A stretch of 60,936 nucleotides of DNA, the filler included, from Nemertoderma westbladi (Eukaryota > Animalia > Xenacoelomorpha): the NCBI GenBank assembly GCA_032718475.1. It is 3 parts of 3 records of this genome, joined end to end, with 100 filler letters (N's around TTAATTAATTAA, not from the genome) between each part and the next. Parts side by side here need not be neighbours in the genome. Positions count along the whole stretch, not along the records: positions 49,805 to 60,936 come from JAUCBJ010000068.1; 2 more parts are not named here. One strand, given 5' to 3'. The notes below the pieces were generated by a model that worked only from the letters and a program-made list of their open reading frames with translations, did not search any database and was not told the DNA's origin. Numbering within the stretch: position 1 is the first letter of the stretch; every line of letters starts with the position of its first letter. This document shows positions 54,151-60,936 of the stretch, one piece after another. A program made the translations under genes and the position numbers.

Positions 54151-55507
54151 CAGACAGCTGTCGCTTGATTTGTTACAAGATTTCTAGCTTGACATCTGGT
54201 TGTTTATCCTCTATGGCCTCCGTGAATTCCTGGGAGTTCGATTGGAATTTCAATATGTTGAATCCTGATTTATTCAGGATGACGCAAACTTCTATCTATT
54301 TCCTCGACAGAGTTCCTGGAATCCATCCCATCGTCTCCTCCTTGTATTTGACCGTATCCCTCACTGCTGTGGTTGTTGTAAAAGCTTATGATTTTGCACC
54401 CATGTTCTGCACAACCATCTTGGGTGGTATAGTTGATGGTTCCTCATCGTCATCATACCATAAGAAGCATTGACTGTCAGTATCTTCATCTGTCACTCTT
54501 AAAAATTCATTCGATATCGCTGGTGAAGGCATGCTTCCTGTATCGGATTTCAAAAAAGTAGCCTTTCAGTACCGTTGCATCACTGCTTCCCACAAAGTTA
54601 TGTCTCTCTCACTGGGGGGTTCCCGGCGAATTGCTCGCCCTCTCAGAACCCTGGTGCGAATCACCGAGTTCGATCATCGTTGTTTGGAGTTCGCAGTTAT
54701 ATACTGTGATGGGATCTGTGTTGGCCCCAGATCCCGACAGTTTGACTTTGTGGTGAGTGCTTTCACTTACGCATTACTAGCTTTGCCCATAGGGCTGGTA
54801 TAAGTAACTAGAGTTTGGGTGTGATCTTGATGTTATTTGTCTCAGTCAATCGATTGCATGGTTACTGTTAGCCTAACTAATATATAACGGACTCGCACAG
54901 TGACAGTGGATAGCGAGGTTGAGGTATAAAACTTTACACTCACCACTGCTGTTAGTTATCAACTAACTGCTATAGCAGAGTGGCCTAGCTAATATATGTA
55001 TTGCATAATTGGCGGCCATTAGGCCAATGCACCAATAATGTTTACCTAAGTGTTGATCTATCCCTTGATCAACCTGGCATTAGTATAGCCTGGGTCACCA
55101 TTTTTAAAGATTTTTTAAAATATGGTTTTTATGGATTATTTCATGTGTAAATGTTCTCTAAACATCTTCTAAATGTTTTTCAATAAAAAATGTATGTTCT
55201 AGAACATTAGCTATAAATATCTAATATCAACCAATAATGGTTAAATCAAGACCAGAATTGGGTTTGTGTAGTATACCAGCCGGCCAGTTGTTTATTATAT
55301 ATATATCCTCCAGTCAGGCCATGGCCTCCTTAGGCCCATACTACACTACTCCCTTCCTTACTCAAAACAAAAAAACTATATAATAGATATAACAAAGACA
55401 AATGGTCATAGAGTTAATGATAACAGTTATGGTTAGAGTCCATGCCTCAATATGTATATATATAGTCCTAATAAGTCCTTGTTAACAGTTCTATCCCTCT
55501 GTTAGAG

Positions 55508-58045
55508 TCAATCCTCGAATCCCAGGTATTCGGGAGGTCGACGTTGGCGTGATGGATATCGTTTACTCCCACAACAGCTCTCCCATTGCGAGGTAGCGAT
55601 TTCTGTAGTGTCTTGAGCTTCTCCAGGATCTTCTGGGTTGGTCTCATTGGGCATTTGGTTACCACAACTTGTGGATGGTGCAAATATGCCAGAGGGTATC
55701 TGTCGCTGATACTGAAGTTGGTGTGGTTCTGCGACTGGGCAAATCATACGGCGATTTCTAGTGATAATTTTACCAGTAGGACTCTCCAATATAGCTTTAT
55801 TGCCAATGGAGCCTTTAATCCGATGGCCCTGATAAGAGTATCCACGATTATCAAAAATTTTCACCATTACTGGATGCTGCTCAGGAATAGGGTCCAACAA
55901 TCTGGAACTATGCTGTCGATCATAATCACGAACAATGCGCTTACGGTTTTTCACATACTTAGCTGATGGGGTTGCTGGAGATCCAATCACTTGAGGAAGA
56001 TGAGTTGGAGGGAAGCGGGAAAGGTGTTGAAACAACACTATTGATGGAATTTCTCCAGTTATCCGATGAGGAGCATTCCTCAATGTGAATAATACTGTAG
56101 AAAGGCGGGAAAGAAATGACCCCCCTTGGTCTGAAGAGGCTTTCATCATCTTCTTAATGGTGCGATGGCAATGTTCAACCATACCATTTGATTGTGCATA
56201 TCGTGCTGATATTTCAACAAGTTTGCAGTTGATTGAATGTAAATATGCTCGGAACTCTTCCAATCGAAACTCCTGTGCATTATCAGTTACAAGTGCCCCA
56301 GGACCAACTAGAGATTTGGGGACCCCAAAACGAGCAAAAATTGTATTTAAATGACTGATGATGTGCCTACTCTTGGAACTTGTAATCGGTGCTACTTCTA
56401 GGTACCGGGAGCCATAATCAATAAGGCTCATACAGTTCTCTCCTTCGATGTTAACACAATCAATAGCTAACTGTTCCCAGGGCCCAAACACATCAGACTG
56501 AGTCATTGGTTGTGTTGGTGGAAGATCAGCCACTAACTTGCACTGATGGCAGGAAGAAACATATTGGCGGGCTGCTTGGGTTATCCCAGGCCACCAAACA
56601 TTGTTGTTGAGAATATCTGTAACTCTAGTGACTCCTGGACGTCCCTCATGGGCCAGTTTAACAATTGTTGGGCGTAATGACTTAGGAATGACAATACTAT
56701 GTCCACGTAATAATAATGGGTAACCTTCAATAACAGTGACTGATAATTCAGAACGTATATAGTAATAAGTTGATTCTCCAGAGTACAAACGATTCCAATC
56801 TTCATGGAGAAAACGTTTAATCACTGGGGAAATTTCAGAACAAAATTCACTCTCTTTCGCAACAGTGATAGGATCAATAAGGCGGGATTCTGTAACCACA
56901 TTAACATATGAATTGGGACATTCCAGTGGCTCCAAATTAACATCTGGTTTCTCAATCTCAGGAAAAGTACGAGAAAGTGTGTCAGCAACAACATTCTTAC
57001 TTCCGGGGATATATTGGATGGTGAAACTGTAAGCTTGTAGTGCCATGAGAAAACGTACAATTCGTGGAGGACAAGTATCAAGTGGTTTAGAAAAAATAGA
57101 CTTCAATGGAAGATGATCGGAAAAAACTGAAAATGTAATTCCAAATAAATATTGTCGGAATCTAGTGACTCCAAAGACAATTGCCAGAGTTTCCTTTTCA
57201 ATCTGTGGATATCTTTGCTCAGCAGACGTGAGTGAGTGACTAGTAAAGGCAACATGCTTAGTTTCTCCGTTATCATTGGTTTGAAAGAGTGCAGCACCTA
57301 ATCCACATGGAGAAGCATTACAATGGATAGAAGTCTTGTGACTTACATCATACAATTACAGAGTCGGTGCCTGTGTAAGTCGATCCTTTATTGCCTCAAA
57401 TGCTAACTGGCATGAACTGGAGCAGTGGAATAATGTGTTAGATTTCAACAGGCCACAGATAGGAGCAGTCATTTCACTGAATCGAGGGATGAACTTGCCC
57501 AAATATGTTGCCATTCCCAAAAATCGTTTACATTCCGTGACAGTTGAGGGTGCTGTCATATTCTCTATTGCTGTCACTTTATCGGGATCTGGCCTCAATC
57601 CTTTGCCTGATAAGAGATGGCCCATATATAATATCTCTGGTTTATTAAATTCACATTTGTCTTTATTCAGTTTAATAGACATGTCATCACATCGCTTGAG
57701 GACTCTATCCAAAATAGTGTCATGATCAGATTGGCATTTTGCATAAATCAAATGTCATCTTCAATCACAGCACATCCTGAAATATCAGCTAAGGCATTCG
57801 ACATAGTACTGTGGTAATCTTCAGGTGCATTGGCAATGCCAAAGGGAAGACGTATGTATCTATAAGTGCCAAAGGGAAGTATGAAAGTTGTCAACCGACT
57901 AGATTCTTTATCCAATAGTATCTGGTGAAAACCAGAATATGCATCCAATTTTGAAAAAATCATACAACCTGCAGCTTTAATAAATAGTTCTTCTGGGGTT
58001 GGGATAATTACCCGACGGCGAATTACTGCCTTATTAATTGCCGGA
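55508..58045 (-). pseudogene. Gypsy pol (RT-RNase H-integrase) with stops and frameshifts
   Basis: FSKLDAYSGFHQI, RLPFGIANAP, IEDD, CNASPCGLGAAL, EKETLAIVFG, SDHLPL, VTDN, QSNGMVE; domain order RT-RH-INT. Confidence 0.92.
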
Positions 58046-58479
58046 TAAGTTGGTCTCGGTTTAGTCAGTCAGTGTCCAACCACAATCACCAATATATATC
58101 AGAGTCACTACATATTTCTCAATGTTTGGATCAATTATCGATGGGGCTCCTCTTCCAAATTGTATATTTGACGATTTATAGAATTTAACCTGTGTCTCGC
58201 GGTTATAACCCAGCGTCATCGTAATAGGTACCGCCTATAATATAAATGATACAAATACTGGAATATATATTATATATATAGTTCTGTAGTTATGCCTAAA
58301 GCGTTCCAGGTTCTGCTGGCTAGCTGGCTTATAAAAAGTACTGTTTAGACATATCACAAAAGATAGACAAGTAGGCTTGGCGAGCCTTTATTGGTAATAA
58401 TAATAAGCAAACAATTTATGCAATAGGCAATCAACAGCTAGCAACTTTTGAAAATTTGGTGACGCTTGAATCTGTCTAT

Positions 58480-59080
58480 GCAGTCCTGCAAAAGCGGAGG
58501 CGGCTCCGCCCTAGAGTCAAGCTAGGGGAGATTGATGGAACTCCTCCAATTTTGTATAGAGTCTGATTAGAGATGTGTTCATTGTACTTGAAACAATGAA
58601 CCCGGCGCAGCATTCTTGTGAAAGTACCATCCAGATATTTGGTATCCTCAGCAGTTAGAGCTCAGCATGGACTCCCATAAGAGTAATGGCACTATTGCTG
58701 CTCTTAACAATCGAACCTTAAGGTTATGTTTTATTCTATCAGTCTATGGGACTTCCAATTCATGGACAGACTATTTAACGCTGCGCCCATGCCTTCCCCT
58801 TACGTATCCGAAGGTCATCACCTGACTTTCTGATCCATGATCCCAAGTAACAGAAGTCATACACGTGCTCAAGAAAGTTCCGTTGCGTTTGTCCATAGAG
58901 CTTGTGCACTTACGATCAGACATTTCTTGAGGGCTGTCTAGGTTGACTGTGATTATTTTGGTCTTCTTGGAATTTACAAAAAGACCAGACACTAGAAGCA
59001 ACCTGCTCCAATTGGCAGAGAAGCCTTTGGACTCCCTCTAGTGATTCTGACAGTACCTCTAAGTCATCAGTGATCAAAGT
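58480..59080 (-). mobile_element. Degraded RTE-like LINE fragment inside the Gypsy element
   Basis: GLFVNSKKTK, DFCYLGSWI and DGTFTRMLRRV in shifted frames; boundaries approximate. Confidence 0.75.
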
Positions 59081-60936
59081 CTATAGGCTATTGTACAAAG
59101 TCAGATATTAATTCTATAGTTTGTACCAATGAAATTTAAATTTGTCCGTAATTTGACCATGGTGTCCGGAATTTGATTTGTCCGGAATTTGAAGAGTTAA
59201 CCCTACCAAATAATAATATTACGAAATATTTAATATCCAGTTCAGTTTAGCCAGTAATTAAAGCAGGAATTGCAACAATATCATAACCAATTACATTAAA
59301 ATCTAATCCAACAATGCCAGAACACCAAGGACTGCGGGGTACCGGTACGGTTGACAGGTAGATAAGCCTACATACTGCGCCAATGTAGTATACCAGCCGG
59401 CCAGTTGTATATTATATATATATCCTCCAGTCAGGCCATGGCCTCCTTAGGCCCATACTACAGTTTTTTAGGAAATTATGAAAGGATTTCATATTATTTC
59501 ATCAATTGTTGATAAAATAAATAGCTACATGTTCTAGAACAAAAATTTCAGGAATTTTTTATTGGAAAATAAATTTAGAAAAAAGATGTTTAGTGAACAT
59601 TTATTTAACATGAAATTAATCTACAAAAACCATAAAAAAATATATATTTTAAAAAATCTTGCAAAATGGTGATCCGGGCTATACTAAAGCCTAAAACCCT
59701 AAGGTTTTACTTTTTTGCATCTATCACATTAAAGTTTTTTATATGATAGACCAAGGATGGGGCAACAAACCTATCAGGCTAAATTTCGTGAAAATCATTC
59801 TGGGACGCTAGGTGGCTCTGCAAATTTATGTTATTTTCTAGGTTTTGTTATAAATAGTAATAAATTTTAGTAACGAAAATTTCAAAAAGTTGTCTGTTAC
59901 TTTTATGCAGGGTTGCTATTTAGACACCCACAAAAATTTTCAGACTAATTGCTCAAAAATTGAAGAAGGTTTCGTAGTTGATACTACTTTGTTTTGGGCA
60001 CACCATGGAATACTAAATATACATAGTATTTATAGTACTGTATATTTAGTATTCCATGGGCACACCCACCCAAAATTTTTTACTAGCTAGTTTTTGATAC
60101 TTTTTTAAAAAATGTTCTAGAACATATCGTCTATTATTTTTTTCTATAAGAAATAATTGTTGTTCCAGAACAAAATTAATCAATTAGGTTTTTTTGTTTT
60201 TATCAAAGCTAGAAAATATAATAAAAATTTAATAAAAATTAAAAATATTAATGTACTATTTTTATTTTTTAATAATGTTCTAGAACATGTTAGCTATTCA
60301 GAACTAGAAAAAAAAGTTCTAGAACAAATACAGTAGTTTTTGTTCCATAACAGTTCAAAAAATCTAAAAAAAATTTTTTTTTTATTTTATTTAGAATTTG
60401 TTTCATATAATTTTTAATCATTGCTGGCAAGATTAATAGCCAATTAAAATTAAAAAATTAACTGTATTGAGGTCATGATAATATTCAGAAATTAATGATA
60501 TGCTTAGAATACGTATACTGTATAATATTCATTATTTAGCAGACAGCGGTAATATTTTCTGATCAAATCCAACAGAGCAAAATTGCACTTTCCTCACACA
60601 TTAAGTTCTTACACAATTCCGCTATACTCAAATCAGTCATTATTTACGTGTAAGCAATCTTGGTTGTAGAAATTCGAATATTCTAGAAAATTCAATTTCC
60701 TTGACATAAAATAAAACACAACTAACAAAAAATAAAATTCGTAAGCTTTTTTAAAATTTGTTCTAGAACAAAAAATAGGTGTTCTAGAACATTTTATTAT
60801 TTTTTTTCAAATGTATCTCATATTCTAGAACATTTCATATAAAGAAATAGCAAAAACTAGCTGGTAAAAAAAATTTGAGGGGGGGTGTACCTATAACACA
60901 CTAGTACCCCAACATATAGTGCATAGTACTGCAAGT

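Larger units (their letters stand above)
55267..59462 (-). mobile_element. Ty3/Gypsy LTR retrotransposon, defective, with 79-bp LTRs
   Basis: LTRs 55267-55345 and 59384-59462 (TG...CA, 78/79 identical); PBS tggcgcagt; PPT aaggaagggagtag; near-TSD gtttg/gtttt. Confidence 0.9.
55076..59691. mobile_element. Merlin-like MITE expanded by a Gypsy insertion
   Basis: TIRs ggcattagtatagcctgggtcaccatttt / aaaatggtgatccgggctatactaaagcc; the left TIR shares ggca...tgggtcaccattt with the Merlin TIR. Confidence 0.7.

Overview
AT-rich, repeat-dense eukaryotic (invertebrate animal-like) DNA in three contigs. The contigs are joined by artificial N/TTAATTAATTAA/N linkers (24819-24918, 49705-49804), so adjacency across them is not evidence. 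Recognisable host genes are an intronless RPL18, a 3-exon LSm8, and an intronless CHK2 whose ATG lies only 10 nt after the LSm8 stop. A spliced gene also carries a ~4.4 kb (GCT)n tract and 23-aa STPR-like repeats. Mobile DNA includes an intact Merlin (IS1595/ISXO2-like) transposon with related MITEs, several RTE-like LINE fragments, a Gypsy element with 79-bp LTRs, a decayed BEL/Pao element, tRNA-derived SINE heads, foldback elements and satellites. Three observations stand out. (1) A minimal type I hammerhead ribozyme is nested between the A and B boxes of a tRNA-like Pol III unit with a T6 terminator (28656-28760, minus strand). (2) LSm8 and CHK2 appear to be arranged as a bicistron. (3) Two divergent copies of an unrecognised zinc-knuckle ORF each lie just upstream of a GG(G/A)AGCGG-TGT PPT/LTR-like junction. 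All calls are by eye; no database search was run.
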